In this document: piece by piece, positions 38,721-52,446 of the stretch | Numbering within the stretch: position 1 is the stretch's first letter | Layout of the letters: each line of letters starts with the position of its first letter | Assembly (NCBI GenBank): GCA_051294375.1 | Contig: CM119267.1 | Span: 16,158,543-16,222,542, forward strand | Source: Paraspadella gotoi | Lineage: Eukaryota > Animalia > Chaetognatha | Direction: 5' to 3' | DNA: 64,000 bases | Translations under genes and position numbers: made by a program | Notes under the pieces: generated by a model | Seen by the model: the letters and a program-made list of their open reading frames with translations, nothing else | Told to the model about the DNA's origin: nothing | The model's database searches: none

Positions 38721-40480
38721 GACGACGACCGAGGTTCTCGTTGGTTTACGCCGTTTTATTTTTTCCGGAGGAAGGCCTCTCCTCTCGATCCGATTAAAAC
38801 TCGGAGAGGATTAGTTCCTTAATTTGTTGTCGTTGTTGTTTTTGCTATTGCAGCCCCCCCCTCTTGCCTTAGTTGGAGATTACGGTTGAGTTCGTTGGGA
38901 ACGAACAAACCCTTTGATTTTATTACCGTCAAAGTGTTTAAGGACGACGCGCCCAAAGAGAACTCGTTATAAACGGACTCTGCGGTCCACAAACATAGAC
39001 GCAAGTCAAATGAATTTTAAAATAAAACAAAAGCCAACAAGCCCACCCTCTCCGGCAATAGTCGATCTCTCGGCGAACATCGTTAGATAATCTCTCGGGA
39101 TTGCTACACAAATGAACATCGAAACTCAATGATTCGGAAATAGGAAAAAAAAAGATGGCGGACGGGGAATCACCTCTAATCCTTTGCGCCATCTAGTCGT
39201 GAGTCGACGAGGGAGACGCGATGCGGGCGAGGCCCTCTGGCGGCGGGTGGATGAGTGGAGAGGGAGAGTGCAGAGGGAGCGAGTGGATGAACTCGGCCTC
39301 GTGATTGGTTGTATGGAGACAAGAGACTTCAGCGCGATCACCGCTCGTGAAGCGTCCCTCGTTTAACCAACTCACGACGCCATCTTGTTTTTAGTTCGTT
39401 TCTTTTTTTTCATTCTCCGGTTATATTTTAATCCAGGATGTTAAATTTGATGCAAATTTTAATGAGCGGATTCAAAATTTGAAAAATGGAAAATTAGTGG
39501 AGCGGAAACCTCGAGAGAGAGAGAAAAAAACGATGTGAATCAATCGTGAGTCATTTGCCTTTGTTGATGCAATGACAAAAAAAAAAGCGGGCGCGTTCAA
39601 AAGGGTAGACATAGTAATGGTTGGATAAATTATATACATAATATGTTTATTGTTTAATTTACGAGAGTGTAAAAGTAAAAGATCACGGTTATTCTTTACA
39701 TTTATTGATAGAAAATTATTGATGATGGGGTAAGCAAAAACTTCTGCAGTTTGAAGGAGAAATTTATACAAGCGACGGAATAATCTCTGCGTTCGAGATT
39801 CCTTCGACTTAAAAGAAGACATTTCAACTACGTTTTTGATTCATTCTCGAGTTGGAAGTTAAAACTGAGTCCTTTTCCAATAGACCGTCGGGGAAAATTA
39901 GTTTTTCTTCTCCCATCCGTGACGCTTTCTCGGTTTTTTTCATTTTGAAGGACTCCCCGCTTAGGAATGTTGACGGTGAGACTTTTCTTTGTTTAATTTT
40001 CAAACTTCATTTGAGTTCGGTTGGCGGAAGATCGTGTGTTCTCTCTCTCTCTCACTCTCTNNNNNNNNNNNNNNNNNNNNNNNNNGTGAGATGGGCGCAA
40101 AGTGAAGGTGAACAGGTGAAGTGAAAGTAAAAAGGCGACAAAGAAGTTGAAAAAGGATATGTGACGAAGAAAGCGATGTAGTAAAACTATGAGCATAGCA
40201 CTTGTTCGGCGAGTGGGTGTGGTTATAGAGAGAAGAGAGAGAGAGAGAGAGAAGACGCAGAGAGAGAGAGAGAGAAGAGAAGAGAGAGAGACGAGCAGAC
40301 AAGACAGACAGACAGAGGGACAGAGAGGCTTTTTTGTCGACTATGTGAAAGCCGGTGGTAGTTTTTTTTTAAATTCTGTAAAGCATGAAAATATTTAATT
40401 TATAACAAAATAATATTATTGTATAGAAGGTGAGAGAGATGGAAGAGACGAGTGGTGATATCTCGACAAACGAGAGAGAA

Positions 40481-40608
40481 TCGAGAGAGAGAGTGAAGGA
40501 TTCCAGAAGGCGAACGAAGTGTGACCGAGGACGCAATCAAGTCTCAATGAGAAGTCTTTTTTGAATTCCCGTTTCAATTTAATCAAGAGAGAAGAAGAAG
40601 AAGTAAAG

Positions 40609-40647
<39 letters not shown>

Positions 40648-40741
40648 AGAGAGAGAGAGAAGAAGAGGAGAGAGTCCTCCCTCGTGTTTTTTCCTTCCCA
40701 AACTTTTTTCAGGTTTTAATTCAGAGAAGAGAGAGAGAGAG

Positions 40742-40785
<44 letters not shown>

Positions 40786-40919
40786 GAGAGAGAGAGAAGA
40801 GAGCTTCTTCTCTCTTGAGTAAATTGAAACGGAATTTCAAAAAGACTTCTCATTGAGACTTGTTTGCGTCCTCGTCACACCTTCGTCGCCTTCTGGAAAT
40901 CCTTCACTCTCTCTCTCGA
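40481..40919. repeat. Inverted repeat, ~115-bp arms (40481-40597 / 40804-40919) around a GA-rich spacer
   Basis: gagtgaagga.ttccagaaggcga...gaggacgca...aagtctcaatgagaagtctttt pairs with aaaagacttctcattgagactt...tgcgtcctc...tcgccttctggaaatccttcactc. Confidence 0.88.
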
Positions 40920-41189
40920 NNNNNNNNNNNNNNNNNNNNNNNNNNNNNNNNNNNNNNNNNNNNNNNNNNNNNNNNNNNNNNNNNNNNNNNNNNNNNNNNN
41001 NNNNNNNNNNNNNNNNNNNNNNNNNNNNNNNNNNNNNNNNNNNNNNNNNNNNNNNNNNNNNNNNNNNNNNNNNNNNNNNNNNNNNNNNNNTTCTCGTCAC
41101 ATTATCCTTTTTCAACTCGTCGCCTTTTACTTTCACTTTCACTTTCACTCTCACTTTCGCATTCACTTTGACTTCCGTTTTGACTTTGG

Positions 41190-41641
41190 CCTTTAATGAC
41201 TTGGGCTTTTTCTTTCAACAACTGGCTTTTTCTTTCAATGACTTTTGGTTTCTCCTTCAACGACTTTGGCTTTTTCTTTCAAAGACATTGAATATCTCTT
41301 TCATCAACTTCAGATATCTCTTTCAACAATCAACATCTTTGGATTTTTCTTTAAACAAATTCTGCTTTTTCTTTCAACGACTTTGACTTTTTTCTTTCAA
41401 AGACTTTTTCTTTCAAAGACAATTTATCTTTCAACAATGAACATCTTTGGATTTTTCTTTCAACAAATTCGGCTTTCTTTTTCAAAGACTTTGGCTTTTT
41501 CTTTCAACGACTTTGACTTTCTCTTTCAATGATTTTAGCTTTTTCTTTCAACGACTTCAGATTTCTCTTTCAACATCTTTGGATTTTTCTTTCAACGTAG
41601 TCGGCTTTCTCTTTCATCGTCTTTGGATTTTTCTTTCAACG
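41190..41641. repeat. 22-bp minisatellite, roughly 20 degenerate units (consensus ~GACTTTGGCTTTTTCTTTCAAC)
   Basis: Consecutive - strand units gttgaaagaaaaatccaaagac, gatgaaagagaaagccgactac, gttgaaagaaaaatccaaagat, gttgaaagagaaatctgaagtc and gttgaaagaaaaagctaaaatc are each 22 nt. Confidence 0.9.
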
Positions 41642-41717
41642 TTGGTCCATTCGTTTCGACTTTCGATTCAAGGTTAACCTCGGAATGTTTACTTTCTTTA
41701 CCGGTGATTTCTTGAAC

Positions 41718-41754
<37 letters not shown>

Positions 41755-42186
41755 CGTTCCTACTCTCTCCCTCCCCGGCATATCTCCTNNNNNNNNNNNN
41801 NNNNNNNNNNNNNNNNNNNNNNNNNNNNNNNNNNNNNNNNNNNNNNNNNNNNNNNNNNNNNNNNNNNNNNNNNNNNNNNNNNNNNNNNNNNNNNNNNNNN
41901 NNNNNNNNNNNNNNNNNNNNNNNNNNNNNNNNNNNNNNNNNNNNNNNNNNNNNNNNNNCTCTCTCTCTCTCTCTCTTTCTCCCTCCCTTTCTTCCTTGAG
42001 GTCATAAAGTTTGTTTGTTTTACGATTAGCAAGATGAGCTTGCTAGATGGTCTCGCTACGAAACGACTAACTAAAATGGTTCTTTGATAATTAACTCCGT
42101 CGATCTTTTCTTCTATAGGTCATTTATTAAGATTCTTATTTTTACCAAAGTTGCGTTTCCCTTTTTAATTTTAAACGCGGTTCTTG

Positions 42187-42217
<31 letters not shown>

Positions 42218-45200
42218 NNNNNNNNNNNNNNNNNNNNNNNNNAAAAAAATTATTCACTATTTCCGAACAACCAATTCCTTCACTTGAGTGGACTGGGCCC
42301 TTTTTTCGCCACCCTTGACCTGTCGAATTTTTGTTATGTGGGCTTAGTCCTGAAAAAGCTTGTGGCTGTGGAATTTAACATCTCACTGTAATATACAATT
42401 TCTTCGGCCCACTGGATATATCTTTGTTAGCACACTCGGTTCCTAAATTACGTCGATCTTTTAAACTTGGAAAAAAAACCTTACAGACAGACAAAACCTA
42501 TCCTTCTTCTGTTTTTACTTTTATGAGTGAGGTATGCTCCTTTCTCTTTTCTTTTCGCCTTCCTTTTTCCTTTTTATAATTAACATGTCATACACGTCTA
42601 GCGCTATTGTATTACTATTGAAAAATTTCAAATATATTAAATCAGTCATTTTTACAGTATATCAACTATAGTAAATTCAATATTAATTCACACTAATTAA
42701 TTAACTGCTTATTGTTTTCAATTGGAAGCCTTTCAATTGTCTTCAAATTTTGTCCTCATTTTTTTTTCCGTTCTTTATTTCCCATTCTTTATGCAAATTA
42801 TAGTTTTTTTTTTCTCTCATATATTACTCTTATCTGCTCCCGCTGACATTGTCTGGTTTGGCTCTCCTTGGATACTTAAATTATTTTGTGTGTCCGAGTA
42901 CGCGAAAGTGTGTGATAAAAGCTGGAATATTAATAGTTTCCGAACTTTTTTTGTGTATTTACTTGATTATGCCCTAAGCTGCCCTGGAGTTTTAATTTTC
43001 TAGATTTTTTTTAAATAATTGTATATAAAAATAATTATTGCCGAAGACATGACCATCAATCAGTAGCGACCATAGTTTCTTCTGTTTATTCCTCTCCGAG
43101 TAAACCACTACGCTTCTTCTGATTTTGTTACCTTAATTATTTTAACATACAGAGTTTACGCAATGAGAATGCTCTGCATAGCCGTGCTGTCCAGCTAATA
43201 CTTTAATCTCATTCTCTACATTGGGCATTGGATTACTTTATTCTTGGAGTTTAATTTTTGTGTGTTGGTTAAAAGTGCTTCTTTCTCATCATAACAAGTT
43301 CGTGTGCAACAGCAAGCGAACTAAACTCAAGTTTTTCAGTGGAAACGTAATCTTTCAGTCGAGTGAATGAGTTTGATTTTTTGTAACAAAAATTTTTAAG
43401 ATATTAAAAAGAACAAAGTGGGTCTAAAACCACTAATGAATATGTAAGGCAGACAATACATCACCTAAATGCCCGGGAACAGATGTTCACTGATTTATCC
43501 ATAGACCGATAGCTGGACAGAGATCGGGTTGCGAGCCGCGTGCTCCACTCGTAGCTTGAGGTTAGACGAAAGAAAGACGCAGAGACTAACAGCATTATTT
43601 ATGTTTAAGCGGTATGTTTTTGTATGTGAAGGCGGTGTAAGCCACATGAGTGATTGAAGAAGGGAAAATTAATAATGAAAGAGTAGGAGAGACGGAAAAA
43701 GTGAAGAAGATAGACACCTAGGCAAATAAAGGGAGAGAAGAGTGAGGGCAGGTAAAAAATAACGAAATAAAGAAGGTAGAATAAAGATGATACCAAAGAT
43801 TTATCTGCTTTATTATATAAGATCTCTTGGGATGAGAGGAGGCGCACTATTATATTAATTTTTTTTTTTTTACTTCGTTTTTATTCCTGGTGTCGATGAT
43901 GTTTGGAAGGAGTGTCAATCCCTGCGGGGGGGGGCGCTGTCGGTGGCCAGTCCGTTCGGCCACAAACATAGGGGTTACTGTCGACGAAAACCTTAGAAGA
44001 AAGACAGATTAAATCCTTCTGTTTTTCCAAGAATAATGCGAACGGAGCAGACGAACCATGAATAGATAATTTCATATTACTATTTGTCCATGACTAGACT
44101 TTGTTCATAACAGTCGACGAATAAACTATTGATGTGAAAAGATGAATTTATAGCGCATCAAATAAGTTATTATTTCCACATTCAGGCATCGCTCTTGCTG
44201 AGCTGGGCCCGCTTAGATTACGCGCTGTGACCATTGATCACTCTTTAACGAGTAGGGCTTAAGTAATGAATGTCTCTTACCTTATGTTCCGGCAGTTTAT
44301 TATTCTCCTCTTTCACATCTCACTTCATTACATATCATCCGCTCGTTCTCTAACGAACCTGACACTCGATCTTGTCTCTGCGAAGCAACGGCTCATCGGA
44401 ACCTATGTCTCCGGCACTCGTCTCACCTCCTCTCTCCTTTTTTTCGCTATAATTTGATTTTCCCATTCGGGTCTCCTCCATTTTGTGTGTCCTGCTCCCA
44501 CCTCCTCCCTCCCTCCTGCTCCTCGATCTGAATCTCCTCCTTGTTCCTGCCGTTGATCCGCTTGGTTTTTTTGTCATAATATTCCTGAATTATTCTTTTT
44601 TTTTTTTTTCCTCTTCATTTCCCCCCTCTCTCAAAAACACCTCACTCTACTTTTTTACTTAAATTATTCAAAATTACCCTCCCCATCGTCAACAAGAACT
44701 CATCATTTATTTACTCCGTCTCCACTCGTCTCCTCCTTGCCCCGCGCTCTTTTTTTTTTTCTTTTTCTTTTTCTTCTCATCCTCTCCATTCTTTCTTCAA
44801 ATACCTCCCCACCCCTCTCACTGGTCTTTTGCCCGATCACGAAACCGTATTCTCTCACGGCTAGCACATCATACTAACAAAATATCAATCTTTTATTTGT
44901 CTTTCTAATAAACGCTATCACTTTCACCGTCTTCCTTACTCTTGTATCTCAAACCCGACATTGAATTATTCTTTCGCTCAAAATATGGCTATACTAAACA
45001 AATACGCGAACACGCGCGCTATAATCCATCGCGCAGGATAACGAACCTCGTCATGATTATCCTCAGCAATTACCGTACCGTCCTCGACTCTCTCTCTTCC
45101 CTCAATCACTTTCTTCCTCTCCTCTCTCTTTCAACTCAACACTGCATTGTGTTTTATTTGACTATCGGTTAACCCTCTCTCCTTCGATCTGAATACATCA

Positions 45201-47539
45201 GGTACATCATGCGCCATCGATCGAATGGTAAGCTGATCTTCATCATCCCGTACAGGCGCCTGGAGTCTCATTCTGCTATATTCTACAAACCGAATCAATA
45301 ACTCATATTCTGTCCCTAATTAATACCATAAATGTACAATTTACTTATTTCGGCCTCCTTGAAGAGGCAAGAATCATCGAAGATGCCAAGATAATCTGAC
45401 TTAACGTAAGAAGAGTAGAAGTAGACAGCGAGAGAGAGAGTCTCATCTCGTTCCTATTGCAGAGAGGAGCAGGCACGAAAGGACTCAGCAAAGGAGTAAG
45501 GATCGAATGAGGGCAGTATAAGAAAGAGAGCAGAAGAAATGGAGAAACAGAGGAACCGGAACGTGTGACATGAAAGTCGACCAAACAGAAGGATACGATC
45601 TGACCGAACGTACGAATTATCGTTCGTAAATTGAATATACGGACACCAAGTACGTATACCGAATGGCATGATTCATTGCATGAATATACCGTAAATAGTG
45701 ATTTTAATGATTAGCGAATTTGGTCAATAACATAGATTTTGTGATGCGATGCAGAGTCGGCACGTTTTTCTAATAAGAATTGAGTAGAATAGTAACTCTT
45801 ATTTGATTCTTGGTCTATAAGAGATCGCTTCGAGGATTACAGTCGACTCATGATCTCCCGATCTGCTCGTAAGTGTTTTGAGAAGTTTATCAAGAACAAG
45901 CAGTCACCTGTTACCTTACTTTTCAATGTAATCTGTAATGCTCATATAGATCTGTCCGAATACCAAAAGAATTTACATATATTGCTTCAAGATTACGGAA
46001 TCGACCACGGGGGAAAAATAGCGATCTATCATATATCTCCATTCGTCTGCACTCGGTGCCATTCAATATTCTTGTTTTCGTGATACCTATTGACAACTCA
46101 ATCCTGACTCTTTGGTACTCATTAAATTACACAATATTTGAAAGCGAATTTTAAAATTAACAATCTTGTACTTTTTTTTTTATTAACTATGTATTGGCTG
46201 CGTCCTAACAGTTTTTCTTGCATGTTATCGAACAGTGAATCATCGAACGACCCAACATCGAAGCTGGCCGCAGAGAACATGGACACCCGATAACCATGCT
46301 AAAACTACATGTAACAATCATTTACCGAGATAGTGGTAATGAATTATTCTTGAAATCAAACGGGAATTCAAAATGCTGGATTACGAGCCCCCCTCCCTCC
46401 ACATTAATTAATTGATCGTCCCATCTATCTACAATAATTCACGTAATGTCTGGACACTAAAACATTCCGACAGGCTCCCACCTTTCTTTATTTTTATTCC
46501 CATCAGTTCATTCTCATACCAACAGCAGCGTACGGTCACACCTCTTTCTTTAACAATCTTTTCCCTGGCATTCCTAGTCCCTATGCTGGCCATATCGTCA
46601 TCGGTAGGCTTTAAATTTCCCGGGTCTTCCGTACCGCCACGCGACGTCTCGGTTCCTCCGACTGTCCGTACCTCGTACTCTCTGCCGCTCGCGCCTTTAT
46701 TTCTTCACCACCGACGTACTGCCTTGCCGCCCATGCCGAGAGGCCCCTTCTTCTGTCTTTCTTTCCGTGTTTCTCTGGCCCGTTCCCTACCTTATGGCTT
46801 TCAGACCACCATCTGGCTCATAAAATTTGAATGCAGACCTCATACAAACTTCACGGTATTTTCTCTTCGGCTCGCTCCTAGTCTTGTGTCTCCCGAGTGT
46901 TGTATCTGCGCTAAAAATAAAACAAAAAGAAGGCTATCCTGAAGTTTGAAGGCGCAAAAAGCAGAAAAATAGGAAAGCGGGAAAAAAGACGATAAAAGGA
47001 GAAAAAAGCGAGGCCGCAAACGAAGCAGAGCGTGACGACTTGAACAAAACACAGGCAGTCGCGTCTCCGATCGTGCCGTCCACATCAATCGGTTTAACCA
47101 GGATGTCCTTATGTTCTCTTACTCTCTTCCCTCTCCTCTCTTCTCCTGCCCGCTCTTCCTTCACTTTATTCTTTCGCATCCAATGCTTGGCGTGCACTGC
47201 TGCAGCTGTGCCGTCCTCTCTTTTTTTTTTTTACATGCTATAGTAGTTTCTTCTCATGTCTACGTTCTCCCTCTGCGTCTCCGGACGCATAATCCTCTTC
47301 TCTCTCTCAGTCCTACCTTATCCACCGCATGTGCGGGTCTTTCTCTCTCCTCTTCCTCTTCATCGTTTTTTCCCGCATTTCGCCAGTGATTTGTGAACTC
47401 TTTTTGTTTGCGGAGATAGCATGCTTTTTTGGTCACCTCGCTTATATCGAAAACGAAGGAATCATCCAGATTTTATCGTCGAGAGAATTGAAATAAGAAA
47501 ATTGAAATCCGATGCTGTATTAATGGTAGGTTTCGAAAA

Positions 47540-47588
<49 letters not shown>

Positions 47589-47671
47589 TGAGAGAGAAGA
47601 GAGAGAGAGAGAGAGAGGAGGAGAATAAGAGAACACATAGAAGAGTAGAGGAGGACGAAGAGAGAGAGAGA

Positions 47672-47925
47672 ATTTACATCTTTATTTTTTTTTAACTGTA
47701 TGCATTCTGCATGAACAGCAAACATGTAAATTACATGTACATTACATTGTAATATCGTCAAGCAAAGTCGATTAGACCCATAATAAGACCCATAATAATC
47801 CTTTGCACAACTTCCACAGGCTCCACCTTCTTTATTTTTCCCTCCCCTCCTTTTCTGGCATTTTTCCTGCTTCCATATCGTCATTGGCTTTTAATTTTCC
47901 CGCTCCGTCGCCGCAGTCTCCGCTG
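47672..47925 (+). repeat. Segment duplicated at 51485-51715 and, noisily, at ~46170-46620
   Basis: ttttaactgtatgca.tctgcatg.aacagcaa...cccataat.atcct.ttgcaca...caccttctttatttttccctcccctcc is present in both clean copies. Confidence 0.88.
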
Positions 47926-48131
47926 CCGCCGCTGCCGACGCCGCCGCCAGCGCGGCCTCCGCTGCCGCCACCGACACCTATCGGACGTAAAGAGCAGAAA
48001 GTTGGCAAAAAAAAACGTTTTTTGGCTTTCATTTTTTTTTTGATAGAAATAAAAAAACTAAACTGGTTGAGTCGGAAAAAAGAATCTTTTTAAATTCAGT
48101 TCAAGTAGTAGATATTTTTTCATTTCACATA

Positions 48132-48567
48132 CAGTCCCGTGCAAAAAAAAAAAGAGGATACCCAAAAACATTATGAAATTGAATTAAGTTAGATTCCTTT
48201 AAAATGAAATATATTATAAGTGAATAATATTTATGGAAAAAGTAACTACTCATATGGCTCTCTGTTATGAAGCAGTGATACAACTACTATAAATACAATT
48301 CCCATAAATTAAGGCTAAAAAATATTTTTGGTTTTTAGCAGATTTATAAAAAAAGGTTTTTTGAAGCGACTCAAATAGCAAATTTTTTTTGACCACTTGT
48401 CTTTCAGGAGATTTTGAATGCTTGGACCGATTTTCTTTTAACTTACACATATAGATTCTTTATTTCAAAATCTACATTTATTATTCATAATTTTTTATAA
48501 TATGTACGTGAAACGAGCGCTACTTAATGTTTGAAGAGTATCCTCTTTTTTTTGTTGCACAGGACGG
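48132..48567. mobile_element. Non-autonomous Tc1/mariner-type element (MITE), 436 bp
   Basis: TA|CAGTCCCGTGCAAAAAAAAAAAGAGGATAC ... GTATCCTCTTTTTTTGTTGCACAGGACGG|TA: ~30-bp imperfect TIR, TA duplication, Tc1-like CAGT..TGCAAAA terminus, AT-rich non-coding interior. Confidence 0.85.
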
Positions 48568-49688
48568 TATGTTTCAATTCTCCCAAGCTGTTCTCCCTCT
48601 TCCGAAACATCTCCTTTTCATATTGTATTTTTTTCAACTAGTAGGTACTTTTTTTTTTAATAGGTTGTCGGAAATTCTTTCCCCGTTTTCGATAATCGCC
48701 TCCATAGTTTTATTTTTTCATTATTTCCTTTCCTACCGTTTTTTTTTGGGGGGGATTGTTCAACCCCCCCCCCCGGTTTTTCGTTTTCATTATTCCCCTC
48801 TCGTTCCTCCCAGATCGCGAGTAAAACAATCATCAAAATTTTACCGCCCAAAATCTGCCGGAGGAAAGAAACGAGGTAGAAGAGGGGAAGAAGGGTAGGG
48901 GGGAGAGAGAGGAAAGGGAGGAAGAAAGGAGGAAGAGAGAGGAAGGAAGAGTGGGGAGGAGGGCGAAANNNNNNNNNNATAAGGGACTAAATTCCCGGTA
49001 ACCCGATGAGATTATATCGCTTTTTTCACTTCTTCGCTTCTCTTCCTCGCTTTTTTTCTCCGCTTTTATCCGCTTTTTTCCCGCTTCCCTATTTTTTTTC
49101 CTGCTTTTTGCGCTTCAAACTCAGATAAGCCTTCTTTTTGTTTATTAGCCGCAGATACAAACTCGGAACAAGATGGCGCGAGCGAAAGAAATACGGAGTT
49201 GAGAGGTAAAAAGAAAAGCAAAAGAAAAACAAAAGAAAAGCAAAAAGGGAGAGGAAAAGATGAAGAAATAAAGAAAGTAAAGGCAGAAAAAAAAGAGATA
49301 AAAAAAGATTTATCGCTTCTATTGAATGAAAAGGAGGCGCGAAATTCCGTTTTTATTCCTTCAATGATTTTTGGACGGTGTCATCCTGCGCCGCTTCGAG
49401 TTGGCGTCGTTCGGAAACGTCGACAAACTTAGAAGACAGAATTTAACCTCTGTCTTCCAAGATGGCGAACGAGCAGACGACATGGAAAATAGAATATTTC
49501 AATATTTAAATTTCTGACTAGACTTTGTTGCTGTCGAAATTACTAATTGATTGAATTTATAGCCGCATCAAATAAGTTATTATCACATTCAGTTAGCGTG
49601 ACATTCACTAATGACTTATGTTCGCAGTTTATTATCTACATTCAGGTAAACGAATCGATCGTGGAACCCATAAAGACGCGTGAAACGA

Positions 49689-49772
<84 letters not shown>

Positions 49773-52446
49773 CGAAGGGCAGGCCGAAAGACTCGCAATT
49801 AGTCGATGGCTTAAGAGCAGAAATGAGAACGACGAACGTGTACCTCGACCTCGAGGACGACGACGACTAATATGTCGATGATAACGACGTCGACGATGAC
49901 GACGATAACGACAATGACCAGGGCGACGTTCGCTAAGTCGATTATTCCCTGTCGAGCGTTGATTATAAACGTCGCTGTCCTTTTGTTTATTATCTTTTGA
50001 GCAGAAAAGAATAATTTCAAATCGAATCGCCAGGGGGAAAAATAGGATATCATTCCAAATCTTGTTTTCGTTCCTATTACAATCTGAACTCTTTGTATCA
50101 TTAAATTAACAATTTAACAATTAAAAAATTTACATCTTTATTTTTACGCCTATCGGTTTTCAAACGGGCCGCTGGCGTTTCGTCGTCGTCGTCGTTCGTC
50201 AGGCGTTCGATCGGTCGGGCGTCGTCGTCCGGCGCCGGCGATCGGCCGCCGTATCCTCGGATTTTTTTTTGGGCTCCCCAGGAGGCCAACAAATTCACTG
50301 CTTCCAAAATACGCAAACCCGAAAACGATTCATACGGACCGAAAACTCTGACAGCCGCGGAGCTTGGAACGCGGAAGAAGAGAGCAGGGAGAAAAGAGTG
50401 GGGGGAAGAAGAAGAGAGATAGGGTAGAGAGAAGAAAGGGAGGAAAGGAAGAGAAGAGAAAAGTAAAAGAAAAAAGGTGTATTGTGGGTAGAAAAAAAAT
50501 GATAGCTAGTCGGGGGATAGTGTTTACGCCGTTCGCAAAAAAAGGNNNNNNNNNNNNNNNNNNNNNNNNNNNNNNNNNNNNNNNNNNNNNNNNNNNNNNN
50601 NNNNNNNNNNNNNNNNNNNNNNNNNNNNNNNNNNNNNNNNNNNNNNNNNNNNNNNNNNNNNNNNNNNNNNNNNNNNNNNNNNNNNNNNNNNNNNNNNNNN
50701 NNNNNNNNNNNNNNNNNNNNNNNNNNNNNNNNNNNNNNNNNNNNNNNNNNNNNNNNNNNNNNNNNNNNNNNNNNNNNNNNNNNNNNNNNNNNNNNNNNNN
50801 NNNNNNNNNNNNNNNNNNNNNNNNNNNNNNNNNNNNNNNNNNNNNNNNNNNNNNNNNNNNNNNNNNNNNNNNNNNNNNNNNNNNNNNNNNNNNNNNNNNN
50901 NNNNNNNNNNNNNNNNNNNNNNNNNNNNNNNNNNNNNNNNNNNNNNNNNNNNNNNNNNNNNNNNNNNNNNNNNNNNNNNNNNNNNNNNNNNNNNNNNNNN
51001 NNNNNNNNNNNNNNNNNNNNNNNNNNNNNNNNNNNNNNNNNNNNNNNNNNNNNNNNNNNNNNNNNNNNNNNNNNNNNNNNNNNNNNNNNNNNNNNNNNNN
51101 NNNNNNNNNNNNNNNNNNNNNNNNNNNNNNNNNNNNNNNNNNNNNNNNNNNNNNNNNNNNNNNNNNNNNNNNNNNNNNNNNNNNNNNNNNNNNNNNNNNN
51201 NNNNNNNNNNNNNNNNNNNNNNNNNNNNNNNNNNNNNNNNNNNNNNNNNNNNNNNNNNNNNNNNNNNNNNNNNNNNNNNNNNNNNNNNNNNNNNNNNNNN
51301 NNNNNNNNNNNNNNNNNNNNNNNNNNNNNNNNNNNNNNNNNNNNNNNNNNNNNNNNNNNNNNNNNNNNNNNNNNNNNNNNNNNNNNNNNNNNNNNNNNNN
51401 NNNNNNNNNNNNNNNNNNNNNNNNNNNNNNNNNNNNNNNNNNNNNNNNNNNNNNNNNNNNNNNNNNNNNNNNNNNNNNNNNNNNGTTTATTTTTTTTAAC
51501 TGTATGCAGTTCTGCATGTGAACAGCAACTATGTAAATTACCATGTACATTACATCTGTAATTATCGTCAACAAGTCGAATTAACTCCATAATAACCGAC
51601 CCATAATATCCTCTTGCACACCTTCACACCGGCTCACCTTCTTTATTTTTCCCTCCCCTCCTTTCTGGCATTTCTGCTCATTAGGCTTTAATTTTCCCGC
51701 TCCGTCTCCCGCAGGCTCCGTATTTCTCTTCTTCGCAGTTTGAACGGGTTATAAGGGGACAATTTTAACTGCTCCCTGTTTCTGTTAACGAAAACTGTAT
51801 ATTATTTTTCATGAGGATCACCATTTGTGCTCTCTACCTTATCCACACCCGGGAATCCCCGCCACTAATTTTGATGGGAATGTTTGAAGCCCTATCCCCG
51901 CCTAAAATTACTCTATTCACTTATATTTAGCTGCCCCAAAAACTGGCCTGCGTAATATCTCGGGATGTATGCCGAAGGTTCTGAGTATTTAGTACGAATA
52001 AGACATGACGAGAAATAAAATATAAGGATTAGGAAATAGGAAAAAAAGAAGAACTGGGATTATTCCTTTTTTTACCGACTTGAGTAGAAGTGATGTTTAG
52101 CAAAGGTTTATGCAGTAAGACGGGAGAGAAAAGTGATGTACGAATGCTGGATAAAAGAAAGGAAATAAACAATAATAGACAAAATAAAAGCAAAAAAAAA
52201 TTCTAGTAAAGAAGCGCGTTAAATAAAAACAAGTAAAAAAAAAGAAAACGGAAACGGATCGAAATTAACAAAAAAAAAAAGAAAAAAAAAAGAAAAACAA
52301 AAACTGAAAAGGGAGAAAAACAAGAAAGGCGACCAAACAAAAGGCGAACGATGAGAGCGAAATAATGAAATAAAAGGGAACCGACGCTGAAAACGCGAAA
52401 ATAAATGGGAAAGAAAAGCGCAAACAACGAACGAGCGACAATCATA

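Noticed and set aside
41190-41641. Minisatellite as a CRISPR array or coding repeat (VERK.. / LKEKSK..)
   Set aside because: Units are contiguous with no unique spacers, there are no cas genes and the context is eukaryotic. The 22-nt period shifts frame and introduces stops.
50295-51590. The longest ORFs in the track (385-431 aa)
   Set aside because: They consist almost entirely of the ~940-nt N gap.
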